A stretch of DNA of 40,366 bases from an uncultured bacterium (GCA_965662235.1 CBFIGY010000027.1:1-40366); one strand, 5' to 3'; counted from the first letter of the stretch, positions 17,160 through 26,541 are shown. Notes: generated from the sequence alone by a model not told the origin. Numbers and translations: made by a program.

Positions 17160-19040
17160 TTAGTGACTCCAGCGGTTGCTCTGCAGCAGGGTGAAGGCCA
17201 GGTGGTCCCAGGAGAGGAGTTGACGCTCCATCAGGTCAAAGTCTGGTGGAGTTGCTCCTGGAAGGGGTCCGGCTTCTAGGCGCCGGGCCAGGGAGTGCCG
17301 CAGGTAGCCGGTTTCGTTGATGATGCCGAGGATGCTGCCCTCACGGACAATGGCGTAGCCTGGTGCTCCGTTGGGATCCAGCAGGCTGTGCCCTAGGGAA
17401 GCAAATGCCCCCTTCAGCCCCAACGCGTCAATGAAGGTTGCCGGCAGGTCGAGGTGCGACGCGATCGTGTCCACCTTCCGGGGCTGGAGGAGTGCAGGAG
17501 CATAGAGGATGAGCGGAACCTGAAACTTCTCCGGAAGTCCGGTGCTGTGCTGGAAGTGGGCAATGACGTGGTCAGCGGTGATGACAAACAGCGTGTCCTC
17601 AAACCAGGGTTCCTGCCGGGCCTGCTGGAAGAACTCCCCCAACGCCCAGTCCGAGTAGTACAGCGAATTGAGGTAACCTCCTTCCTCATTGGGATGAAAG
17701 GGGTGACGTTCAAACCGTTCCGGAAGCCGGGGGTAGGGCGTGTGGGCCGTGTTGGCGCTCACAAACACCAGGAACGGATGCTCCCGGCCCTTGAGCTTCT
17801 TCAGGGTCCACATGAGCGCCTCATAGTCCCACCCCAAGCGCCGGTCCCTTTCTGCCTCCGGGTAGTCCAGCAGCAGGGGCATGTCCTCACGCCCGTAGTA
17901 CTCCGGAAATCCCACGGTCGCGGCAAAGGCGTCAGTGAGGAAGGCCTGCCGAAGGGTCGTGTTCACAAAGAGGGCTTCGTACCCGTTCTCCTGAGCAATG
18001 CGGGCCAGACGGGAGTAGGCCGAGGCCTGGTCCATCACCGTTGGCACTCCCGGGAGCGAAGGCACTCCGGTGAGGATCGACTGGAAGCCCTCGACGCTCC
18101 GCTGGCCGTGCGAGTAAAAGCGGTTGAACTGCCACCCCTGCTGGGCCAACGCATCTAGGTTCGGCGTGAGGCCGTAGTCGTTTCCGCCAAACGCGTCGAC
18201 GTACCGTGGGGTGAGGCTTTCCACCATGATGATGACCAGGTTCTTGGCAAGCGGAGCCTTTCCGGGAAAGGTGTGCTCCAACGGGTATCCGGACGCCACT
18301 GCTCCAGAAGGCAGGTCGAGGGTGGTTTCGATGACCTCATCTGCCAGAGGGGGACGCTCCACCCGGTTGGTCGTCAGGCTCGAGTGAGACGCCGAAAAGA
18401 CGCCATTGAGGGTCAGGTTCCCCTGGGCGGTGCTTCCGCTAGAGTACGCATTGACGATGGCAATCGGCTTCTCCCCAAAACCGCCTCGTCCCAGCAGTCC
18501 CACCGTGAGCACCAGGAGGACATACAGCGCCCACTCCCAGCGACTCCGCCGGACCGGCTGCCGGGCCTGTCGCCAGCCCCACGCCAGCAGCCCGGCAATT
18601 CCCAGCACACCGATCCCCGCCTCCAGCCAGTACCCGCTGGCCTCCTTGAGGAGGTAGAGGCCATCTTCTCCCAAAAAGAGCAGCTCATTGGTCAGGTGCC
18701 GCTTGACGTGTCCGTAGTAAAGCAGGTCTCCCACCAGCACCCCGGCTCCGACCGCCAGCAGCCCATACAGCAGCAGCAGGTGCAGCCCGGTCCAGAGTGG
18801 ATGCCGGAACCAGCGGAAGGGCAGGGCGGCCACCAGCATCGGCACGCCTCCGAATACCATCAGCGACGCTAGGTCAAAGCGGATTCCGTCAACCAGTGCT
18901 TCCAGAACCTGTGCCGGCGTCAGACGGGCAAACTGTTCCGCATGCATCAGCAGCAGAGACACCCGGGCCAGGCTGAAGAGCCCCAGACCAGTAAGGGTCC
19001 AAATCAGGAGTTGATGAAAGAAGGTCAAACGCGCACGCAC
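17160..19040 (-). CDS. LTA synthase/phosphoglycerol transferase family sulfatase-fold membrane protein
   Basis: About five N-terminal TM helices, NLVIIMVESL, HGQRSVEG, TAHTPY, ITADH. Confidence 0.88.
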   Translation of the reverse strand: MRARLTFFHQLLIWTLTGLGLFSLARVSLLLMHAEQFARLTPAQVLEALVDGIRFDLASLMVFGGVPMLVAALPFRWFRHPLWTGLHLLLLYGLLAVGAGVLVGDLLYYGHVKRHLTNELLFLGEDGLYLLKEASGYWLEAGIGVLGIAGLLAWGWRQARQPVRRSRWEWALYVLLVLTVGLLGRGGFGEKPIAIVNAYSSGSTAQGNLTLNGVFSASHSSLTTNRVERPPLADEVIETTLDLPSGAVASGYPLEHTFPGKAPLAKNLVIIMVESLTPRYVDAFGGNDYGLTPNLDALAQQGWQFNRFYSHGQRSVEGFQSILTGVPSLPGVPTVMDQASAYSRLARIAQENGYEALFVNTTLRQAFLTDAFAATVGFPEYYGREDMPLLLDYPEAERDRRLGWDYEALMWTLKKLKGREHPFLVFVSANTAHTPYPRLPERFERHPFHPNEEGGYLNSLYYSDWALGEFFQQARQEPWFEDTLFVITADHVIAHFQHSTGLPEKFQVPLILYAPALLQPRKVDTIASHLDLPATFIDALGLKGAFASLGHSLLDPNGAPGYAIVREGSILGIINETGYLRHSLARRLEAGPLPGATPPDFDLMERQLLSWDHLAFTLLQSNRWSH

Positions 19041-19167
19041 AGGCAGTTCAGAGGGGAAAGAGGGGGTTCATTGAGACACGTAAGGCTCCAGACACAGCGA
19101 TCTCCAGCGACCGGGACCGTCCTGCTTTTCGCGTGACATTTCTGGCATACGCGATAGGGTGAGGGCT

Positions 19168-19794
19168 ATGAATGAACCCCAAGCATTGGAATCGATGTAC
19201 CGTTGCATTTTTGATGTGGATGGAGTCGTCTTGGACTTTGAATCCACCTATATTCGTGTCTTGAGTGAATACTTCAACTTGGAAATTCCCAGCGACTATG
19301 AGCCGCAGAGCTGGTACTTTTCGGAGTTGTTGAGCGAGGAGCAGATGAAGGAAGGGTGGAAGCACTTCCTCTCCAGTGACCACTTTGAGCAAATGCCCAC
19401 GCTGGTGGATCCACAACGCTTCAACGCCCTGTGTGGGGCATATCCCGTGCATTTCGTCACCAACATTCCGCCGGAGTGCCTGGAGCGGCGCGAACGCAAC
19501 CTGCGCAACGCCGGGTTCCAGTTCGAGTCGGTCCACTGCGGAGGCTTCATTGAGTACAAAGGCCACCCGCGGCAAACCAAGGCCGAAGTCATCAGCGAGC
19601 TGATGGAGCCCGATGAGCAGCTGCTGTTCATTGATGACCACCCGGACAACTGCCTGAACATTCTGGAGTTTTACCCGGAAGCGGAAATCTGGCTGATGAG
19701 CCGCCCCTTCAATCACGAATTTTCGCACGAGGACATCCCTCGCGCAGATACCTGGGAGGACGTCTTCTCCCGTTCTCAACTGGTGCAGTCCTGA
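19168..19794 (+). CDS. HAD-superfamily phosphatase, 5'(3')-deoxyribonucleotidase-like
   Basis: Motif I FDVDGV, motif II FVTN, Lys in QTK, motif IV FIDDHPDN, C-terminal RPFNH. Confidence 0.8.
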   Translation: MNEPQALESMYRCIFDVDGVVLDFESTYIRVLSEYFNLEIPSDYEPQSWYFSELLSEEQMKEGWKHFLSSDHFEQMPTLVDPQRFNALCGAYPVHFVTNIPPECLERRERNLRNAGFQFESVHCGGFIEYKGHPRQTKAEVISELMEPDEQLLFIDDHPDNCLNILEFYPEAEIWLMSRPFNHEFSHEDIPRADTWEDVFSRSQLVQS

Positions 19795-19798
19795 GACC

Positions 19799-20686
19799 AT
19801 GAAGCCACGGTGCTTGTTCTTCCTTCTCCTTCTGCTGATTGCGGTTCCTGCGGTTCAGGCCCAGGACGCTCCTGCCGGTGGAGGTGCTCCCATCTGGCGG
19901 CTCGGCTTCTTCGAGTTCACCCAGCAGACCTACCGGACTGACGAATCGCATCCCTTCTACCAGATGACGGGGAACGGGCGCTTCAAGGGCGGACGGGGAG
20001 CCATTGCCCTCAACACCCTTGACAACTGGATGCTCTTTGCCGAAGACGACGGGCACAAGGAACTCGACGGCATCTTCGGCACCATTTTGCACTCCCTTCC
20101 GCCTTTTTCGCTGGAGTACATTGCCCCCACGGGCCTCCTCCCCAGCTATGGGCTCATGGCGTCCTACACCAACATCTGGCTGACCGACGCCCGTGCCAAG
20201 TCGCCGACCACCGGCGCAGACCCTGCTTACAGCACCCCGCTCGTCCGGGCACGCTCCCACTTCTACATGCTGAGCGCCTCGCTGTACCCGTTTGGGCAGC
20301 CCCAGCCGGAAGGAGTCGACTTCTTCTTTGGATTCGGGTTTGCTCGGGTGGAAACCACCATGCGGACCGGCTACTACGCCATGCCCTACAACTATGCAGG
20401 CACCTCCGGCGTCTATGTCACCAGCGAGTCCCGCTTGGACAAGTCTGCCGGCTTCATGAGCTTCCAACGCGTGGGGCTGACCTCTTCTGGACAGAACTTC
20501 GGCTTCACCCTTGAGTTCTTCCTCCTCGATGACTCCAAGGTGATGGCAAACCCCTTTGCCAATGCCAACCTGATGACGTCCGCCGACTACGACCTGGCCT
20601 ACAACGACCGAGGCTCCGCGCTGCCCTCCAGCGCCAGCATGGAAGGCGCCGTCCTCCGTGCGTCTTGGACCTACACCTTCTTCTAA
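19799..20686 (+). CDS. Secreted protein, putative outer-membrane beta-barrel
   Basis: Signal peptide ending VQA-Q, aromatic/Gly-rich strands (FFFGFGFARV), C-terminal beta-signal-like RASWTYTFF. Confidence 0.6.
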   Translation: MKPRCLFFLLLLLIAVPAVQAQDAPAGGGAPIWRLGFFEFTQQTYRTDESHPFYQMTGNGRFKGGRGAIALNTLDNWMLFAEDDGHKELDGIFGTILHSLPPFSLEYIAPTGLLPSYGLMASYTNIWLTDARAKSPTTGADPAYSTPLVRARSHFYMLSASLYPFGQPQPEGVDFFFGFGFARVETTMRTGYYAMPYNYAGTSGVYVTSESRLDKSAGFMSFQRVGLTSSGQNFGFTLEFFLLDDSKVMANPFANANLMTSADYDLAYNDRGSALPSSASMEGAVLRASWTYTFF

Positions 20687-22026
20687 TACACCTGCGTCTG
20701 CACCCACTCCGGATGCGTCCGGAGAAAGGCCCCAATCAGGTAAAAGGACCCGGCAAGCACTAGGTGCTTCAGGGGCCGACGTCCTGCGGCCTCAAACGCT
20801 TCCTCCCAGGAAGCACAGGCTTCCACAGCCGGAACGCCCCGGGCCTGAAGCTGCTCCGCCAGCACCTGCGGATCAGCGGTCCGCGGAGACGGAATGGGCA
20901 CCGTCCAGACGTACGGGATTTGCGCCACAAGCCTTTTGAGGCCGGCAAGGGTCCGGTCCGTCACCTTGTCTGCAGCAAGCCCCAGCACGAGTCCCCGAGC
21001 AGCAGGTTCCGGCAGCAGATGCACCGCTTTCCTCAGAGCCTCCAACGCCTGCTCATTGTGCCCCCCGTCCAGAAGCAGCGTTTCCCAGACCGTTCCCTGG
21101 CTAGAAACAGCGTGCAGGTGCTGCAAGCGCCCGGGAAGCGTCAGCCCCTGCAGGCGCTGCACCCACTGCATCCGCTGAGAGTCCGTTGCGTCCGGAAAGA
21201 GCTGATCCATGGCCAACCAGGCGGCCAGGCGGTTCTGCTGTGCCGCCTCCGCCCCGGTTTGGGCGTCTGAAGCCTGCTGCGTCAGCCAGTGTGTGGAATC
21301 CTGGAGGGTTGCGGACACGGTCCGGAGGGGAATCTGGCGGTGGTGAAAGAAGGCTTCTTCATGCGGCACACCCTGTCCCAGCACAGCAGGCACCTGTGAA
21401 CGGAAGATGCCGAACTTCTCCCGGCGGATGTCTTCCAGCGTTGGTCCCAGAACCGCCTCATGGTCAAAGCCGATGGAGGTGAGGAGGCATAGGGCCTTGG
21501 ACTCCACGGCATTGGTTGAGTCCGCCTGTCCGCCCAAGCCGGTTTCCAGCACCACCCACTCCACCCCTGCCTCGGCGAAGGCCACCAGCGCAAGCGCCGT
21601 CATCAGATCAAAGTACGAAAGGTACGGGTCACCGTGGTAAGACTCGGCAACCGCAAGAACACGCTCCGCCGCCGCTTGGAAGGCGTCCGGGGCAATCCAG
21701 TGCCCGTCCACCAGCACCCGCTCCCGGAGGTCCACCAGGTGTGGAGACAGGTAGGCTCCCGTCCGCCAGCCATCTTGCTTGAGCAAGGCGGCCAAGCAAA
21801 CGGTCGTCATCCCCTTTCCGTTTGTCCCAGCCACATGAATGACTTGGTAGGAACGTTCCGGATGGTTCAGGTCAGCCAGCAGTTGCTGAATGCCAGCGAG
21901 CTTGCTGAGGTCGCGTTTTTGAGCGGTTTGTTCGTAGCTGCCCCAGGTTTCAAGACGCTGGAGCAGCTGGGAAGGAAGGGATTCCACCGAGTTCCAAGAA
22001 GCGGAACTCGCTGAAGGGAGGGTCAT
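20683..22026 (-). CDS. folC: Folylpolyglutamate/dihydrofolate synthase
   Basis: IHVAGTNGKG, YLSPHL...ER, LETGLGG..DSTN, IGFDH...LG, LPGRLQ, LDGGHN, AGSFYLIG. Confidence 0.9.
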   Translation of the reverse strand: MTLPSASSASWNSVESLPSQLLQRLETWGSYEQTAQKRDLSKLAGIQQLLADLNHPERSYQVIHVAGTNGKGMTTVCLAALLKQDGWRTGAYLSPHLVDLRERVLVDGHWIAPDAFQAAAERVLAVAESYHGDPYLSYFDLMTALALVAFAEAGVEWVVLETGLGGQADSTNAVESKALCLLTSIGFDHEAVLGPTLEDIRREKFGIFRSQVPAVLGQGVPHEEAFFHHRQIPLRTVSATLQDSTHWLTQQASDAQTGAEAAQQNRLAAWLAMDQLFPDATDSQRMQWVQRLQGLTLPGRLQHLHAVSSQGTVWETLLLDGGHNEQALEALRKAVHLLPEPAARGLVLGLAADKVTDRTLAGLKRLVAQIPYVWTVPIPSPRTADPQVLAEQLQARGVPAVEACASWEEAFEAAGRRPLKHLVLAGSFYLIGAFLRTHPEWVQTQVY

Positions 22027-22874
22027 TTCAGGTACTGAAACAGAGAGCGTTCGCTGCTCAGCAGAAGGGTGGTATCGGGGCCAATTGCCTCGCGGTAGAC
22101 GTCATGAGAACGCAGGAATTTGAAGAACTCTGGATCCTTGCTGTACGCCTGAGCATAGATGCGGGTGGCCTCTGCGTCAGCGTTACCACGGATCTTTTCT
22201 GCTTCCCGGTTGGCTTCAGAAATGAGCTTGATCCGGTCACGGTCGGCTTCAGAGCGGATCTCCAAGGAGCGTTCCTCTCCTTCAGAACGGTACCGCTTGG
22301 CTTCCCGCTTCCGTTCCGCGTCCATCCGTCCGAAGACGGCCAAGCTGTTTGCTTCCGGAAGGTCGGCACGCTTCACCCGCACATCAGCCACTTCAATGCC
22401 AAAGGGAAGGGAGTTGGCTCGGGAGCGCTCCGTGATGAGGGTGCGGATGTCCCGACGGTTCCCTGAGACGATTTCTGCAAGGGTGTGCTGACCGAGCACT
22501 TCCCGGGTCTGCGAGTAGATGATGTCGTCCAGCCGAGCCTGCGCGGTTTCAATCGTCTTCACCGTCTCATAGAACTTCAACGGATCAGCAATGCGCCACT
22601 TGGCATAGGTATCCACCACCATCTCCTTTTTGTCCTTGGTGAACACCGATCCCGGATCCGCATCGTAGCTGAGGAGCCGGTTGTCCACGTAGTACACCTG
22701 TGAGATGAAGGGCATCTTGAACTTCAATCCAGGCTCTAGGTGGACCACATGCGGATCCCCGAGTTGGATCTCCAACGCATACTGGGTCCGGTCAACCCGG
22801 TAGGCCGTGAGGTACATGACGGCCGCAATGACCACGATCGCGGCGACAGTGCTGTTGCTGAACAAGGCTTTCAT
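22023..22874 (-). CDS. hflC: FtsH protease modulator HflC (SPFH domain)
   Basis: PGLKFKMPF, TKDKK.MVVD.Y..WRI.DP, GIEVADVRVKRADLP, RM.AER.REA...RSEG, YA.AY..DPEFF.F.RS. Confidence 0.92.
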   Translation of the reverse strand: MKALFSNSTVAAIVVIAAVMYLTAYRVDRTQYALEIQLGDPHVVHLEPGLKFKMPFISQVYYVDNRLLSYDADPGSVFTKDKKEMVVDTYAKWRIADPLKFYETVKTIETAQARLDDIIYSQTREVLGQHTLAEIVSGNRRDIRTLITERSRANSLPFGIEVADVRVKRADLPEANSLAVFGRMDAERKREAKRYRSEGEERSLEIRSEADRDRIKLISEANREAEKIRGNADAEATRIYAQAYSKDPEFFKFLRSHDVYREAIGPDTTLLLSSERSLFQYLK

Positions 22875-22925
22875 GAGGCAGCGGGAGTTGGAAAAGATTC
22901 AGATCGTTTGGTGGATTTCGCTTGG

Positions 22926-22949
22926 TATCGACTAGCAAAAGTGTCGATA
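22926..22949. promoter_or_regulatory. Perfect palindrome TATCGAC-N10-GTCGATA in a divergent promoter region
   Basis: Seen directly; regulatory function is inferred. Confidence 0.45.
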
Positions 22950-22985
22950 ATGTCCCCCCTGATGTCAAGATAAACTCGGAGTCTC

Positions 22986-23234
22986 ATGTTACGATCACGC
23001 TCGCCCCGTCAACAGGATCAGATCCTCGGCCTGGCCCTCAAACAGATTGAGAAGATGCTCAAGGAGATGCAGAACGAGGGCAAGGACTTGACCCGTTTGA
23101 AGCTGAAGAAGTTTCAGAAGACGCACCACATTGACTGTGCCTGTGCGCGCTGCAAGGAAGCCAAGCAGAAGCAGGATCCGCGGCTCCGGGGGCTCCAGGA
23201 AGATGGCTTCAAGGTGTACATTGATGGCGAATGA
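22986..23234 (+). CDS. Small basic hypothetical protein with an HHxxCxCxxC putative metal site
   Basis: RBS-like CGGAG before ATG, strong GC3 bias, overlaps the prmA start. Confidence 0.7.
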   Translation: MLRSRSPRQQDQILGLALKQIEKMLKEMQNEGKDLTRLKLKKFQKTHHIDCACARCKEAKQKQDPRLRGLQEDGFKVYIDGE

Positions 23235-24117
23235 TTCCCGCCCCCGCGAGTACCTAGAGGCAGACTTTGTGGTGCCACTGGAACTGAGTGAGTTGTGGAA
23301 CTGGCACTGCTTCGAATCCGGAGCCACTGGCTTGGAAACTCTGACTGAAACTCCGGATCAGCAACAGGTCCGGGCCTTCTTTCCAGCAGAGCTGAAGCCA
23401 GAGGTGGACCATCTGGGAGACCGGTTTCATCAGGAGTTTGCCCACAGTGGTCCCTTTGTGCAGCTCCTCCGGTCCGAGGTCCTTCCGGTACAGGACTGGC
23501 AGGCTTCGTGGCGGCAGTACTTCCCTGCCATTGACGTGGGCACCCGCCTCCGGATTGTCCCTCCGTGGCATCAAGAAGCCGTTCCGGCAGGACGCCTTCA
23601 CCTGATCATTGACCCCGGACAGGGCTTTGGCACCGGGCACCATGAATCCACGGCCCTGGTCCTAGAACTGATGGAGCAGCACCTGGCCACCTGCGCCACG
23701 CCTCCGGAGCGACTCGTGGACGTGGGAATTGGCTCCGGAATCCTCTCTCTTGCAGCCTGCCTGCTGGGGGTGCCGCAGGCTGAGGGCGTTGACCTGGCTC
23801 CCGAAGCCATTGCCGAGGTGCCCCGGAATGCTGAGCTCAACGGCCTCCCCAACCGCCTCCAGGCTCACCTAGGAGGACCTGAGGTGCTCACGGCCCCGGC
23901 GCCCCTCGTGGTCGCCAACATGCTCTGGCACGAACTGCGGTCCGTCCGGCCCGACCTGACCCGGCTGACGCAGCCCGGTGGGTTCCTCATCTGCGGGGGA
24001 TTGCTGCACGAGCAGGCCGAGGCATTTGCCCAAGAACTGGCCACCGACGGCTTTCAGGTGGTCCGGGTGCAGACCCGAAATGAGTGGACCGGCCTGCTGC
24101 TTCAGCACCCGCAGTGA
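23224..24117 (+). CDS. prmA: Ribosomal protein L11 methyltransferase
   Basis: DW...W..YF, IVPPW, IDPGQGFGTGHHEST, VDVGIGSGILS, VVANM; ATG 23224. Confidence 0.92.
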   Translation: MANDSRPREYLEADFVVPLELSELWNWHCFESGATGLETLTETPDQQQVRAFFPAELKPEVDHLGDRFHQEFAHSGPFVQLLRSEVLPVQDWQASWRQYFPAIDVGTRLRIVPPWHQEAVPAGRLHLIIDPGQGFGTGHHESTALVLELMEQHLATCATPPERLVDVGIGSGILSLAACLLGVPQAEGVDLAPEAIAEVPRNAELNGLPNRLQAHLGGPEVLTAPAPLVVANMLWHELRSVRPDLTRLTQPGGFLICGGLLHEQAEAFAQELATDGFQVVRVQTRNEWTGLLLQHPQ

Positions 24118-24206
24118 CGATTTTACTGGCGAATTCTGGCTCCTCCGTTAGCTTCGAGGAACGCCTTTCCCCCTTGAACTGATTGACTGGAAACCAAAAG
24201 AACACC

Positions 24207-25088
24207 ATGGCACGCATTGGAGTTGACCTAGGCGGCACCAAGATTGAGCTCATCCGGACCACGGACAACCCGCTTGAAGTTCTGGACCGGGTCCGGGTTC
24301 CCACAGAAAAGGAACAGGGCTACGACCACCTGGTCCGACAAATTGTCTCGCTGCTGGAATCCATGCGGAGCCAGACCGAAGCCCCCCTCCGCATGGGCAT
24401 GGGCATCCCAGGTGCCATTGACCGAGACGGGACCGTGGTCACTTCCAACATCCGTTGCCTGGAAGGGCACCGCCTTTCTCAGGATCTGACCACGCAACTC
24501 GGACAGACGGTCCGGGTGGAAAATGACGCCAACTGCTTTGCCCTCAGCGAAGCCCTGCACGGCGCCGGTGTCGGGTACCGCATGGTCTTCGGCCTCATTC
24601 TGGGAACCGGCGTCGGTGGCGGATTGGTCATTGACGGCCAAACCTGGTCCGGCGTCCACGGCATCGCCGGAGAGCTGGGACACGTCTCGGTCGACTACCA
24701 GGGGCCGCAGTGTTACTGTGGGCGCCGAGGGTGCCTAGAACTTTACCTGGCCGGCCCCTCCATTCAACGGGCCTACGAGCAGCAGTCCGGTACCTCAAAG
24801 GGGGTTCCGGAAATTGCGCAGGCGGCGCGCGAGGGCACAGACCCTGTCGCCCAAGCGGTGATGAGCCACTTCCTGGATGTCTACGTGGAGGCCCTTTCCA
24901 ATCTGGTGGCAGGGCTGGATCCGGATGCGATTGTCATCGGAGGAGGCGTTTCCAACCTCGACCTGCTCTACCACGAAGGAGCCGAGCGCGTCCGGAGCAT
25001 CTCGTTGCAGAAGGCCCAGAAGACGCAAATTTTGAAAAACAAGCTGGGGGACTCCAGCGGTGTCTACGGCGCCGCCACCCTCGCTTGA
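24207..25088 (+). CDS. ROK-family sugar kinase, fructokinase/Mak-like
   Basis: IGVDLGGTKIE, ENDANCFALSEA, GTGVGGG, GELGH, CYCGRRGCLE, GDSSGVYGAA; no HTH. Confidence 0.92.
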   Translation: MARIGVDLGGTKIELIRTTDNPLEVLDRVRVPTEKEQGYDHLVRQIVSLLESMRSQTEAPLRMGMGIPGAIDRDGTVVTSNIRCLEGHRLSQDLTTQLGQTVRVENDANCFALSEALHGAGVGYRMVFGLILGTGVGGGLVIDGQTWSGVHGIAGELGHVSVDYQGPQCYCGRRGCLELYLAGPSIQRAYEQQSGTSKGVPEIAQAAREGTDPVAQAVMSHFLDVYVEALSNLVAGLDPDAIVIGGGVSNLDLLYHEGAERVRSISLQKAQKTQILKNKLGDSSGVYGAATLA

Positions 25089-25104
25089 CGGCAAAGGAGT
25101 ATTC

Positions 25105-26076
25105 ATGCGCCTGTTGGTTCTTGCTCTGTTGGTGTTCCTCGGATCCCTAGGAGCGCCCTCTCCCACTTACGCGGTTTCCCGCCTAGGCTGCTTTGGCGCC
25201 ACGCTTGCCGAGCTGATGATCCCTGGGCTTGGGTACGGCATCCTCGGCGACTGGGACAAGGCCCTGGTCTTCGGAGGCGCCCGTTGGATGACGCTCAACA
25301 AGTACGCGACCTACTCCTCAAGTCCGGACTACCAGGAAGACCCCGAAGCGGTTTACCGGGAAACCGACCTTGGCAACGACCAGATCCGCTTGGACGTGTA
25401 CTACTCCCGGGAGACCTTTTACGCCAACGCTCACGCCAGCCTCTACAACAACCTCACCTTCCTCACCATCTATGACCTCTACAGCGGCAGTTGTGAGAAC
25501 AACACCGAAACCTACGGTCTCCTAGCAGCCCCGTTCCGGCTCGACCTCTGGGGCGGAGAACTGACCTTCTGGGCGCCAACGCTGTACATTGCCGCTGTCC
25601 CCCTAGACGGCCAAGAGGTCGTCTACCATGTCGACTCCGACCTTTCCCGGAGCGAGATGATACGCATGTCCTTCTGGCAGTACCAGATGGTTGGCATTGG
25701 AGAAGAGGTCCTCTTCCGGGGCGTCATCCAGAACTCCTTCTACAACCTCTTTGATGGCCCCCTCAGTGCTAACGCCGCCCGCTGGACCAGCATCGTCCTT
25801 GGTGCAGGCGTGTTTGGCGCTGCTCACTCAGGAACCGGACTCTCCGCCAACCCGGGGTCCGCGTTTCTGGCAGGCCTCTACCTTGGTTACGTCTACAATC
25901 CGGAACCCGGAACCTTCGACCTTGAGCAGGCCATTGCGATTCACTCCTGGTGGGACACCATCCTCACCCACCGGATCCTCTCCGGCTCCGAGTTTGTCGA
26001 ACGTCAACCCGGAGAGACGGCCCTCAACACCCTCTATGCCTCCTACCCCATCTTCGGCTTCACCTACCGCTTCTGA
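25105..26076 (+). CDS. CPBP (CAAX/Abi) family glutamic metalloprotease-like protein with a signal peptide
   Basis: GIGEEVLFRG, FGAAH and AIAIHSWWD motifs; AAGGAG RBS before ATG 25105. Confidence 0.8.
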   Translation: MRLLVLALLVFLGSLGAPSPTYAVSRLGCFGATLAELMIPGLGYGILGDWDKALVFGGARWMTLNKYATYSSSPDYQEDPEAVYRETDLGNDQIRLDVYYSRETFYANAHASLYNNLTFLTIYDLYSGSCENNTETYGLLAAPFRLDLWGGELTFWAPTLYIAAVPLDGQEVVYHVDSDLSRSEMIRMSFWQYQMVGIGEEVLFRGVIQNSFYNLFDGPLSANAARWTSIVLGAGVFGAAHSGTGLSANPGSAFLAGLYLGYVYNPEPGTFDLEQAIAIHSWWDTILTHRILSGSEFVERQPGETALNTLYASYPIFGFTYRF

Positions 26077-26097
26077 GGTGGAAGCCTTCCGGCGCCC

Positions 26098-26541
26098 ATG
26101 ACCCCATGGACGCTCTGGGGGACCATGGGAGGAAGCGCCTTCCTCTCAGCCACCCTGCTCCCCGGCTCCTCTGAAGCCGTTCTGACCGGGCTGCTCCTGG
26201 CCACTCCGGAAGCCGCTTGGGAGCTGTGGGCAATTGCCACCCTCGGCAACGTCTTGGGATCTCTGCTGAACTGGCTCCTCGGTTCTTTCTTCCTCACCTT
26301 CCTGGACGCCCGCTGGTTTCCCGTCTCCCGGACGCAGTATGAGCGTGCGGCCCGCTGGTTCGAGCGCTACGGACTCTGGAGCCTCCTCCTGGCCTGGACT
26401 CCGGTGCTGGGGGATCCGCTCACAGTGGTTGCTGGTGCCTTCCGGGTGCGCCTGTCTTGGTTCCTGCTGCTCGTGACTGTGGGCAAGGCGGCCCGCTACG
26501 CCTTCATTGTGGGCGGGGTCCTCTGGTGGCAGGCAGGGTAG
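26098..26541 (+). CDS. yqaA: YqaA/DedA (VTT-domain) membrane protein
   Basis: SAFLSATLLPGSSE, GNVLGS, WF.RYG.WSLLLAW.PVLGDPL, GKAARY. Confidence 0.88.
   Translation: MTPWTLWGTMGGSAFLSATLLPGSSEAVLTGLLLATPEAAWELWAIATLGNVLGSLLNWLLGSFFLTFLDARWFPVSRTQYERAARWFERYGLWSLLLAWTPVLGDPLTVVAGAFRVRLSWFLLLVTVGKAARYAFIVGGVLWWQAG

Noticed and set aside
22926..22950. CIRCE heat-shock operator near hflC/prmA
   Set aside because: Only TAGCA matches; TTAGCACTC-N9-GAGTGCTAA is absent
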